The position numbers and the translations under genes were made by a program. Positions 1-8,399 of a DNA stretch of 64,000 nt are shown here, piece by piece (position 1 is the first letter of the stretch; the number at the start of each line of letters is the position of its first letter). This DNA comes from Lachnospiraceae bacterium (GTDB lineage Bacteria; Bacillota; Clostridia; Lachnospirales; Lachnospiraceae): positions 5,348 to 69,347 of the forward strand of contig JBGVLO010000009.1 in assembly GCA_045124315.1 (NCBI GenBank). The letters are read 5' to 3'. A model generated the notes under the pieces. That model searched no databases, was not told the DNA's origin, and saw only the letters and a list, made by a program, of their open reading frames with translations.

Positions 1-348
1 ATTGCTTTTCTTTCTAGAAATATACTTGTTCCTAAAAGTCTGCTTTAAGCTGCAAAAACTGGCAATTCTATGTGTATCCCTAATCGAGATTGTTGGTATG
101 TATTCAGGAACACGAGTTGGAAAAATGCAGTGCCTAATGCTTGGAAGTAATGGAATGTGGAACCGTTATGAAGCCACCAACAGTTCGTTTATGGAAAAAT
201 GCATTGGAATGGGCATATTGCTGGGTGGATATTGGGGTTTGTGCCTTTTAATGAAAGTTTATGTAAAGAAAAACATAGAAGTATGAATTAATGTTCACGG
301 GCAGGCATTTTTGGCATTGAAAATGGTGGATGAAAGGAGAAAGATAGC

Positions 349-981
349 ATGATTACGGTTGAAAATTTGAGCAAAAAGTATAAAGATAAAACCGTACTGC
401 AAAGGGTGGATTTGCAGATGGAAAACGGAAAAATATATGGATTGGTAGGAAGAAATGGTTCCGGTAAAACGGTTTTGATGAAATGTATCTGTGGTTTTGC
501 AAGACCTACCACTGGGACGGTACGTTTGGATGATGAAATCATAGGAAAAGACATGGATTTTATCAAAAATGCAGGGATTATCATTGAAACTCCAGGCTTT
601 ATCAATCATATAACCGGCATGCAGAATTTGCGAAATTTAGCATCGATACGAGGTACAATTGATGAAAAACAAATAAAGGAAAGTATGGATTTAGTTGGTC
701 TTGATTACAAAAATAGAACAAAGGTAGGAAAATATTCACTAGGTATGCGTCAGCGCCTTGGCATTGCCCAGGCAATCATGGAGGATCCGGATATCTTGAT
801 TTTGGACGAGCCTATGAATGGTCTGGACAATCAGGGTGTGGAGGATATCAGGAAGCTGTTGCTGGATTTGAAGGAACAGGGAAAAATCATACTTATTGCC
901 AGTCACAATAGAGAGGATATTGATGTGCTTTGTGACCATGTGTGGGAGATGGATAGAGGTGTTGCAAAGCAATTGAGATAA
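349..981 (+). CDS. ABC transporter ATP-binding protein
   Basis: 210-aa ORF with Walker A GRNGSGKT, ABC signature YSLGMRQR and Walker B ILILDEP. No permease gene follows it. Confidence 0.9.
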   Translation: MITVENLSKKYKDKTVLQRVDLQMENGKIYGLVGRNGSGKTVLMKCICGFARPTTGTVRLDDEIIGKDMDFIKNAGIIIETPGFINHITGMQNLRNLASIRGTIDEKQIKESMDLVGLDYKNRTKVGKYSLGMRQRLGIAQAIMEDPDILILDEPMNGLDNQGVEDIRKLLLDLKEQGKIILIASHNREDIDVLCDHVWEMDRGVAKQLR

Positions 982-1194
982 TATTTTTAGGTTCTAACTA
1001 TGAAAGAAATTTTATACTTGGTGCATGCACCCTTTTTGGGACTTTGAAACCACAAAATTTCTTTTAACAAATCTTCCACGGTCTCTGGTCTCATGGAAAA
1101 TGGTATCCCCTTCCTGTTCACAATATTTCTTCATGGATGTGGCTGAAAAGTATAGGATGTGGTATTATATAAGAAGGGAAGGAAGGTGACACTT

Positions 1195-2755
1195 ATGGGC
1201 ATTTATTTAAATCCGGGAAATGAGAAATTTAAAAGAGCTTGTAATTCAGAAATATATATTGATAAAACAGAATTGATTGATTTGACAAATAAAGTAATTA
1301 ATACAGAGCAAAATTATATCTGTATCAGCAGACCGAGAAGATTTGGAAAATCCATGGCAGCCAATATGTTGGCAGCTTATTATGGGAAGGGCTGTCTTTC
1401 AGAAAAGCTTTTTAATAGATACAAAATAGCAAAACGGAAAAGCTATCGTAAAAATCTTAATCAATATAATGTAATTGCTTTGAATATACAAATCTTCCGT
1501 AGATGAACTGACTGCATATATCCAGTCTGAAATATTAGAAGAAATAAAAGAACATTTTCCAGATAAAATTCCAGAGAAGGAAAAGTTTCTAAGCGTGGCA
1601 CTTGAAAAGTTATATAGCAAAACTGGAGAAAGTTTTATTTTTATTATAGATGAATGGGACTGTATTTTAAGAGAAAAAAAGTATACGCAGGAAGACCATA
1701 AAATATATTTGGACTTTATAAGAAATCTATTGAAAGACAGGGTATATGTTGCTTGGGCATATATGACTGGTATGCTTCCGATAAAAAAATATGGGACACA
1801 CTCTGCTCTTAATATGTTTGATGAGTACTCGATGACAGATCCGGGTGATTATGCAGAGTATATTGGTTTTACAGAACAGGAAGTAGAAGATTTATGTGAG
1901 CAATATGATGTGGATTTTGATAAGGAAAAAGAATGGTATGATGGGTATGTATTTGGAAAGGATTTGCATATATACAATCCCAAATCTGTAGTGGACAGTA
2001 TGAGAAGAGGCGTGTTTTCCAGTTATTGGACACAGACAGAAACATATGAAGCATTGAAGGTATATGTTAAGCTGAATCATGATGGCCTAAAAGATGCTAT
2101 TATTTATATGCTTGCTGGCGAAATGGTTTCCATCGATTATCGGATTTTTCAAAATGATATGACTACATTTGAAAGTAAAGATGATGTTTTGACGTTGTTA
2201 GTTCATCTTGGATATTTGGCATAAAATAGAGAAAAAAGTCAGGTTTCTATTCCAAACGCAGAAGTAAGAGATGAGTTTGTAAGAGCAATAAAAGGATGTA
2301 AGTGGAACGCGGTTATAAATTCTATAGAAAAGTCAGAACAATTGCTTCAGACAACGTGGTCGATGAATGGAGTGAAAGTGGCAGAAATGATAGATCAGAT
2401 TCAAAGTGAAAATACATCTATTCTAACCTATAATGATGAAAATTCCCTAAGTTGTATCATTTCATTAGCGTATTACAATGCAGTCAATGAGTATACCAAA
2501 ATCAGAGAACTTCCAACTGGTAAAGGATTTGCTGATATTGTTTATATACCAAAAAAATACTCAGACAAACCAGCTATGGTGATTGAACTAAAGTATAATC
2601 GATCAGCAGAAGGAGCAATTGCTCAGATAAAAGAAAAAAGGTATGTGGAAAGTTTGAAGGAATATCGGGGGAATTTGCTGTTGGTGGGAATTAATTATGA
2701 TAAAGAAACGAAAAAGCATAGTTGCGTGATTGAAAAATTTGCTAAGGGAGGTTGA
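1195..2755 (+). pseudogene. AAA-ATPase-like / PD-(D/E)XK nuclease family gene split over three reading frames
   Basis: ORFs 1159-1506, 1595-2224 and 2342-2755 read as consecutive parts of one protein. The N-terminus MGIYLNPGNEKF...ISRPRRFGKS is typical of the predicted AAA-ATPase family, and the C-terminal part is PD-(D/E)XK-like. Two frame breaks lie near 1500-1600 and 2225-2340. Confidence 0.7.
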
Positions 2756-2902
2756 AACGATGCCTGCATACATCAGCTTTATTCTTGTGAAGATGGCTAT
2801 ATATTCACTCTGTTTCGGTAGAACCTTGCACCTCGCTATAAGGTTCGTAAAGCGTCGACGACAGGCGCGTGTGTCATCGTTTACAAATATTTTTCAAAGG
2901 AG

Positions 2903-3274
2903 TTCGCTTCTGCTTGCCAGATTGCGGAAGCACTTGGTAAGCATTTAGCAGGTGATGTATTTGAAAGTTACTCAGCCGGAACAGAAACAAAGCCCCAGAT
3001 CAATCAGGATGCTGTTAGGATGATGAAAGAAATCTATGGCATTGATATGGAAGAGAAGGGACAGTACAGTAAACTCATCACAGAAATTCCAGAACCGGAT
3101 ATAGCCATTTCTATGGGATGTAATGTTGGCTGTCCATTCGTTGGCAGACCATTTGATGAAAATTGGGGGCTTGAAGATCCAACAGGGAAATCGGACGAGG
3201 AATTTAAGAATGTTATTCAAGAGATAGAAAAACGGGTATTGGGATTGAAGGAGGGATTGGTAACCAATTCATAA
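2903..3274 (+). pseudogene. arsC: Arsenate reductase (LMW-PTP / thioredoxin-coupled ArsC type), 5-prime truncated
   Basis: The frame translates to ...CQIAEALGKHLAGDVFESYSAGTETKPQINQDAV...MGCNVGCPF...WGLEDPTGKSDEEF. It is open back to 2822 but has no start codon, and the catalytic CxxNSCRS P-loop is not encoded. Confidence 0.65.
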
Positions 3275-3449
3275 ATGAAAAGGTCACAAATGGGAGATAA
3301 AGTCCAATTTGTGACCTTGGTGTTTATGTTAGCCTTCTCTAAAATAGGCTTCTGCAATTACATCTGCAATTTCGTTTAAGTCCATGTAATTTTCGGTATA
3401 TAAGTACATATCATAACTTTCGGGACTTCCCCATTTTTGATTCGAAATT

Positions 3450-3473
3450 GCCCCTTGCAGGGGGCTTTTTTTT
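3450..3473 (+). terminator. Intrinsic terminator-like hairpin (GCCCC-loop-GGGGC + T8)
   Basis: GC stem followed by eight T residues. It carries the recurring 11-mer AAATTGCCCCT (see findings). Confidence 0.55.
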
Positions 3474-3549
3474 ATGTTACAATTTTTCGTATATGAAAGG
3501 AATGTAAGTTGTGAAGATAGTTGTAAAAGATAAGATTTCTATTATGTTA

Positions 3550-3745
3550 CATGTATTAATCGCAGCTATCAACGCATGAAAAGGGAAATCGGTGAGAATC
3601 CGATACGGTCACGCCACTGTGATAGGGAGCTGCATATACTGGTGCACCAAAAAAAATTTATTGTTTGGTGTACTAGCCACTGGAATGATATTCTGGGAAG
3701 GCATATGTATGCTGAGAACTTAAGTCAGGAGAACTGCTTACATTT
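3550..3745 (+). promoter_or_regulatory. Cobalamin (B12) riboswitch 1
   Basis: Conserved blocks AAAAGGGAAATCGGTGAGAATCC, ACGGTCACGCCACTGT and GCCACTGG...GGGAAGGC, plus the B12 box AGTCAGGAGAACTGC. It lies upstream of the ECF operon. Confidence 0.85.
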
Positions 3746-3805
3746 TTAAGAATATTCTTGCGACAGACGGGAACTCTTAAAATATGGAATGCGTAATGCG
3801 AGTAG

Positions 3806-3848
3806 GCATATTTTCTTTTGGAAGAAAAAGAAATCATATGCTTTTTTC
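3806..3848 (+). terminator. Intrinsic terminator, likely riboswitch 1 expression platform
   Basis: Hairpin GCATATTTTCTTTT...AAAAAGAAATCATATGC followed by T6. Confidence 0.6.
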
Positions 3849-3875
3849 GAATATCATTTTTTGTATTGCTATGTT

Positions 3876-3904
3876 AGAGACAGTCTGTGGACTGTCTCTT
3901 TTTC
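3876..3904 (+). terminator. Second terminator-like hairpin in the riboswitch 1 leader
   Basis: AGAGACAGTC-tgtg-GACTGTCTCT followed by TTTT, 45 nt before the start codon. Confidence 0.5.
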
Positions 3905-3951
3905 GCTATATAAGAAACTTTTTAAAAGTATAAGAAATAGGTGATGATGTG

Positions 3952-4983
3952 ATGAAAAAATTTAAGAAAATACTTGGTATTCTTGCGGCAGTTGTAGTAG
4001 TAATCATGATTGGATCTAATATTAAATTGACTACAGTGCAAACTCATAAGCAAGAGCAAAAACAATTGCAGGAAGAACAGTTATCGGGTGATGGAATACA
4101 AGAAGAAATAATAGAAATGACGGAACCGCAAATGCAGATTGGGGAAGAGCAGACAAAAGAAGAACCCGCAAAACAAGAGAAAAATAAGAAAAAGAAGACA
4201 GAACATATTTCGGATAAGAAAGCAAATGGGGAAGAAAAGAAGACAGATACTGCAAAAATAAAAGAAAAAAGTAAGAAAGTAAAAAAACAAAACAGGAAGC
4301 AGGAAAATAAGCAGGAAAAGAATACGACAGTAGATCAGAAAAAAAAGACAGAAAATAAGAGCGGAAAGAAAAGTACGCAAAATACAGAGAAAACAGATTA
4401 TGCACAGAACAATAATTCTGTAAATGCACAAGAAGCTTCGCCAGAAACGGTAACGACTGAAAAGAAAGAAGAAAAAAGTGCGAATATTGCGGAAAAAGTA
4501 GCAGAAGAGGGAAATGCAAATCCACAAACGAATGATGCAGAAAAGACAGTAGCAACGGCGAAACCAACAGTTACAGAAAAATCAGACAAAAAGACCATTG
4601 TTTGTAGTGTCACAATTGATTGTTCCTCCTTATTAAATCATATGGATGAATTAGAAGACAATATAAAATCGTTTGTACCAACAGATGGTGCAATCTTAAA
4701 GAAGATGGAGATTACTATGGAAGATGGAGAAAGTGCCTATGACTGTCTTGCAAAGGCGTGTAAGGAAAATGATATAGCAATTGATGCAGAGTATACAGCT
4801 GTCTATTCCGGTTATTATGTAAAAGGAGTTGGCTACTTATATGAAAAAATAGCGGGAAGAATGAGCGGATGGTTGTATCAGGTGAATGGAAAAACGCCCA
4901 ATGTAGGGGCCTCTAGTTACACTCTCAAAGAGGGAGATGAAGTGAAATGGATTTATACCTGTAGTGGAAGGGTGGGAAGCTAA
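3952..4983 (+). CDS. Membrane-anchored DUF4430 (transcobalamin beta-domain-like) protein with a long K/E-rich linker
   Basis: N-terminal TM/signal anchor (ILGILAAVVVVIMIG) and about 180 aa of low-complexity K/E/Q sequence. The C-terminal roughly 120 aa (VCSVTIDCS...GWLYQVNGKTPNVGASSYTLKEGDEVKWIYT) matches the DUF4430 pattern. First gene after B12 riboswitch 1. Confidence 0.8.
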   Translation: MKKFKKILGILAAVVVVIMIGSNIKLTTVQTHKQEQKQLQEEQLSGDGIQEEIIEMTEPQMQIGEEQTKEEPAKQEKNKKKKTEHISDKKANGEEKKTDTAKIKEKSKKVKKQNRKQENKQEKNTTVDQKKKTENKSGKKSTQNTEKTDYAQNNNSVNAQEASPETVTTEKKEEKSANIAEKVAEEGNANPQTNDAEKTVATAKPTVTEKSDKKTIVCSVTIDCSSLLNHMDELEDNIKSFVPTDGAILKKMEITMEDGESAYDCLAKACKENDIAIDAEYTAVYSGYYVKGVGYLYEKIAGRMSGWLYQVNGKTPNVGASSYTLKEGDEVKWIYTCSGRVGS

Positions 4984-5852
4984 TGTGGATGTATTTTGCA
5001 AAACTTCATCCGGTAGTGATTGCAGTTTATCTAATTGGAATGTTTGGGATTACAATGTGTAGTATGAATCCCTACATTGTGGGTGGCTCTTTGTTCGTAT
5101 CGTTTTTTCTCAGTTGTCTGGCAGAGAAGGCATTTTTAGGAAAGCGATTATTGGCCATGGCGGTCCCAATCCTGTTTTTTGCAGTGGGCATTCTGCCATT
5201 GTTTTCTCATAATGGAGTGACGCCATTGTTTTATATAAATGATATGCCTGTGACACTGGAAACAATTTGTTATGGTGTAGTAATGAGTGGTTTGCTCGTT
5301 GCCATAGGACAATGGTTTCAAATATGGAATGTTTGGATTGATTCGGAACGTTTTCTTTATCTATTTGGTAGAATTTCGCCAACTTTGGCATTGCTCGTAT
5401 CCATGGTATTGCGATTTATTCCGATGATGCTTCGGCGGTTTCGCCATATTCAGGACATTCAAAAAGGAATGGGATATACCAGTGAAGATATGACAATAGC
5501 AGATCGTTGTCGCTTGTTTGGGAAAGAATTGTCAATTTTAGTATCTTGGTCTTTGGAGCATTCTATGGACACTTCCATGTCCATGGAGGGAAGAGGTTAC
5601 GGAACTTGTAAGCGAACTAGTTTTCACAGATTTTATTGGAAAATAGAAGATGTAGTTATGTTGATTGTAGAAATTGTGTTGTTCCTCATTGTTATTGGAG
5701 CATTTTTGCAAGGAAAATACAAAACGTATTATTTCCCGGTTATGTTGCTGAAACCTATTTTAGAGGAGGATATTATTGGGGTAATAGGACTTATTGGTCT
5801 TTCTCTATTGCCGTTACTTCTACAAGGAAAGGAGATATTATGTCACAAATAG
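4983..5852 (+). CDS. ECF transporter transmembrane (T) component, CbiQ/EcfT family
   Basis: Polytopic membrane protein with the C-terminal EcfT-type motif SLEHSMDTSMSMEGRGYG. Its start overlaps the stop of the upstream gene. Confidence 0.85.
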   Translation: MWMYFAKLHPVVIAVYLIGMFGITMCSMNPYIVGGSLFVSFFLSCLAEKAFLGKRLLAMAVPILFFAVGILPLFSHNGVTPLFYINDMPVTLETICYGVVMSGLLVAIGQWFQIWNVWIDSERFLYLFGRISPTLALLVSMVLRFIPMMLRRFRHIQDIQKGMGYTSEDMTIADRCRLFGKELSILVSWSLEHSMDTSMSMEGRGYGTCKRTSFHRFYWKIEDVVMLIVEIVLFLIVIGAFLQGKYKTYYFPVMLLKPILEEDIIGVIGLIGLSLLPLLLQGKEILCHK

Positions 5853-7519
5853 AATGCATACAGGTGAGTTTTCGATATCCAAAACAGGAACAATTTGTAT
5901 TAAATAATGTAAACTTTTCCATTGAGGCGGGAGAGATGGCAGTTCTGTGTGGGAAATCCGGGTGTGGCAAAAGTACATTGCTGCGTTTGATGAAGGCATG
6001 TCAGGTTCCGGCAGGCGAGAAAAAAGGAAAAATTTCGTTAGCTGGAGAAGAAGTGGAAAATATAGAAAAGGCAATGGCAGCGCAGAAGATTGGTTTTGTC
6101 GGACAAAATCCAGAAGCCCAGATTGTGACAGATACCGTATGGCATGAACTGGCATTTGGATTAGAGAGTCTTGGAATTCCCAATCATGAAATGCAACGGA
6201 GGATTGCAGAGATTGCAGAGTATTTTGGTATAAGAGAGTGGTTTGATAAGCCTACTGATCAACTTTCAGGAGGACAAAAACAGATTTTGAATTTAGCTGC
6301 TGTAATGATTATGCGACCACAGATACTTTTATTAGATGAACCAACTTCTCAATTAGATCCTATTGGAGCGGAACGCTTTTTACATACATTAAAACGGATC
6401 AACAAGAATTTTGGTGTGACTATTTTACTGTCAGAGCAATGCTTAGAAGAAGTGTTACCAATTGTAGATCGAGTATTTTTATTGCAAGATGGAGAACTTG
6501 CGGAAGTAAAAAACATTAGAGAGACAGGTAAAGTATTTTATGAAAAAAAGAGTGAAGTGTTTCATGCGTTACCTATTGCTACAAGATTGTTTGTAGAATG
6601 TAAGCAACAAGGAGAGGAACCGTGGCATGTTTCGGAGGCAGTGGAATGGCTGGGGGAAAAAAATGATATTGTGGAAAAAGTACAACAGATACAGACAAAG
6701 CAGAAGAAAAGGGAAGAGAAAGAGCCGGTAGTTTTGGAAGCAAAACAGTTTGCATTTACTTATGATAAAAAACAGCCGTACAGTTTACAAGATTGTTCGC
6801 TAAAGATTCATAAAAATAGTATTTCTGCAATTTTAGGGGGAAACGGTGCAGGAAAAACCACAGCACTTAAAGTTTTGGCGGGAATTTACGCACCCCAAAA
6901 AGGAAAGAGAATTGCAAAGGGAAAAGTCGTTTATTTACCACAGGACCCGCAGTTGCTTTTTACAGAACCTACTGTATGCGAAGAACTAGAGGTTGTGTTC
7001 GTGGAACAAAGCAAAAAGTATGCCAATTTGTCAGAGGATGAAATTGTAAACAAAGTGAAAACGATGTTGGAATTTATGGAATTATTGCCGTTTCAAGGGC
7101 AACATCCCTTTGATCTATCAGGTGGGCAGCAACAGCGATTGGCCATTGCAAAACTATTACTATTAGAACCGGATATTTTGTTATTGGATGAGCCTACAAA
7201 AGGTTTGGATGCTGCTTTTAAACATAAGCTTGGAGAGTTATTAGAGAGACTAACTATGCAAGGAAAAACAATTGTATTTGTGTCCCATGATGTAGAATTT
7301 TGTGCGGAGTATGCAAATTATTGTGGTTTGTTATTCCGGGGAACCATGTTGCAATTAGAACCATCAAAAGAATTTTTTGCAAAGAATTATTTTTATACAC
7401 CGGCAGTACATCGAATCTTTCAGTATTTATATGAGCCAAGTGAAATCATCAATTACAAACAGGCTATGACGGTGTTACGTCCTTTATTTGGCCTAGAGGG
7501 CGAAAAAAGGATAGGATAA
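5840..7519 (+). CDS. ECF transporter fused double ATPase (EcfA1-EcfA2 type)
   Basis: Two ABC cassettes: GKSGCGKST / LSGGQKQ / LLLDEPTSQLD and GGNGAGKTT / LSGGQQQR / LLLDEPTKGLD. The start MSQIECIQVSF at 5840 has RBS AAGGAGA; the 5636 start in the ORF track is read-through inside ecfT. Confidence 0.9.
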   Translation: MSQIECIQVSFRYPKQEQFVLNNVNFSIEAGEMAVLCGKSGCGKSTLLRLMKACQVPAGEKKGKISLAGEEVENIEKAMAAQKIGFVGQNPEAQIVTDTVWHELAFGLESLGIPNHEMQRRIAEIAEYFGIREWFDKPTDQLSGGQKQILNLAAVMIMRPQILLLDEPTSQLDPIGAERFLHTLKRINKNFGVTILLSEQCLEEVLPIVDRVFLLQDGELAEVKNIRETGKVFYEKKSEVFHALPIATRLFVECKQQGEEPWHVSEAVEWLGEKNDIVEKVQQIQTKQKKREEKEPVVLEAKQFAFTYDKKQPYSLQDCSLKIHKNSISAILGGNGAGKTTALKVLAGIYAPQKGKRIAKGKVVYLPQDPQLLFTEPTVCEELEVVFVEQSKKYANLSEDEIVNKVKTMLEFMELLPFQGQHPFDLSGGQQQRLAIAKLLLLEPDILLLDEPTKGLDAAFKHKLGELLERLTMQGKTIVFVSHDVEFCAEYANYCGLLFRGTMLQLEPSKEFFAKNYFYTPAVHRIFQYLYEPSEIINYKQAMTVLRPLFGLEGEKRIG

Positions 7520-7549
7520 AGGAGAATAGTTTGTGGAAGGAGCGGATAC

Positions 7550-8356
7550 ATGAAAGGAAAGAAATTATGGCATTTACAAGCGAGAGAAATTGTTATGTTA
7601 GCAGTGATGATCGCTTTGTGTGTAGTTGGAAATACAATCTGTTCCCATACTGTTCCGTTGCATGCGGGGACTGCAATTACAATTTTGTCAGGTATTTCTC
7701 TTGGAGCAGGACCAGGTTTTATAGTAGGTATAGTCGCAAGGTTTGTATGTAATTTTTTCGATGGACAAGGACCTTGGACCATTTGGCAGATGTTTTCCTG
7801 GGGACTCTTAGCTGCAATTAGTGGTGTTTGTTTTCAGCCGGTAAAACGGCAGACTTTATTGGAAAGACAGCGTAAGAAAAAATTATCCATAGTAGAAGTT
7901 GGCAGACAGGCAAGGGATAGTTTGATGATCCTTCTTTGTATGATGGTAGCACTGTTGTGTGGATTGCTAGTGGTCTTACTTACTGGAAAAAGTTTAGACG
8001 ATATGGTAGGGTGGCGCCTCTATGCATGGGGCGGAGTTGGATTACTTATGGGGGTCTTTTTTAAAAAGAAAAAATTAGTGGTGCATCCGTTGGTTATGTC
8101 TGTGTATACATTGTGCATCGTATTTATTGTTTATGGTGGAATTATGAATTTTGCCACATTGGTAATGCAGCATTTGGTGAATAAAGGAGAGGATCCAATG
8201 ACATTACAAGCACTACGTGCTCTTTATATTACAGGGGTCCCTTATGATTTGAGCCATGCCATTGGTGCCGCTATTTGTGTATTTTTTGTTGGAGAATCGC
8301 TTCTTCAAAAAATGGAGAGGATTCAGATAAAATATAACATATTCCCAAAGAAATAG
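7550..8356 (+). CDS. Putative ECF substrate-specific (S) component, corrinoid-specific by context
   Basis: 268-aa multi-TM protein with no other domains, directly after ecfT and ecfAA in a B12-riboswitch operon. Specificity is inferred from context only. Confidence 0.6.
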   Translation: MKGKKLWHLQAREIVMLAVMIALCVVGNTICSHTVPLHAGTAITILSGISLGAGPGFIVGIVARFVCNFFDGQGPWTIWQMFSWGLLAAISGVCFQPVKRQTLLERQRKKKLSIVEVGRQARDSLMILLCMMVALLCGLLVVLLTGKSLDDMVGWRLYAWGGVGLLMGVFFKKKKLVVHPLVMSVYTLCIVFIVYGGIMNFATLVMQHLVNKGEDPMTLQALRALYITGVPYDLSHAIGAAICVFFVGESLLQKMERIQIKYNIFPKK

Positions 8357-8399
8357 GGAAATCAAAGGACGCAGAACATGCGTAGAAAGTGAGGTAAAT

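Noticed and set aside
2-286. 94-aa ORF at the left edge, possibly the end of a membrane protein upstream of the ABC ATPase
   Set aside because: It is only weakly hydrophobic, has no recognisable motif and is truncated by the window edge. There is not enough evidence to call a gene.
982-1158. 40-codon minus-strand ORF (MKKYCEQEGDTIFHETRDRGRFVKRNF…) between the ABC ATPase and the AAA-ATPase pseudogene
   Set aside because: It is short, has no RBS and no family assignment from memory. Possibly another gene remnant, but unsupported.
4500-4530. NPQTN, the Staphylococcus aureus sortase B recognition motif, inside the first DUF4430 protein (…EEGNANPQTNDAEK…), with a sortase B gene in the same window
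   Set aside because: The motif is in the middle of a low-complexity linker and upstream of the functional domain. It is not followed by a hydrophobic segment plus basic tail, and the protein is anchored by its N-terminus. Most likely a coincidence.
4031-4613. Three overlapping minus-strand ORFs (71-178 aa)
   Set aside because: They are antisense to the K/E-rich low-complexity linker of the DUF4430 protein. Poly-AAG/GAA coding sequence leaves the opposite strand free of stops, and the products are F/L/S-rich nonsense.
5636-5839. 5-prime extension of the ECF ATPase ORF in the six-frame track (start at 5636)
   Set aside because: The extension lies inside ecfT in another frame and translates to non-ABC sequence. 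The conserved ATPase sequence and a good RBS begin at 5840.
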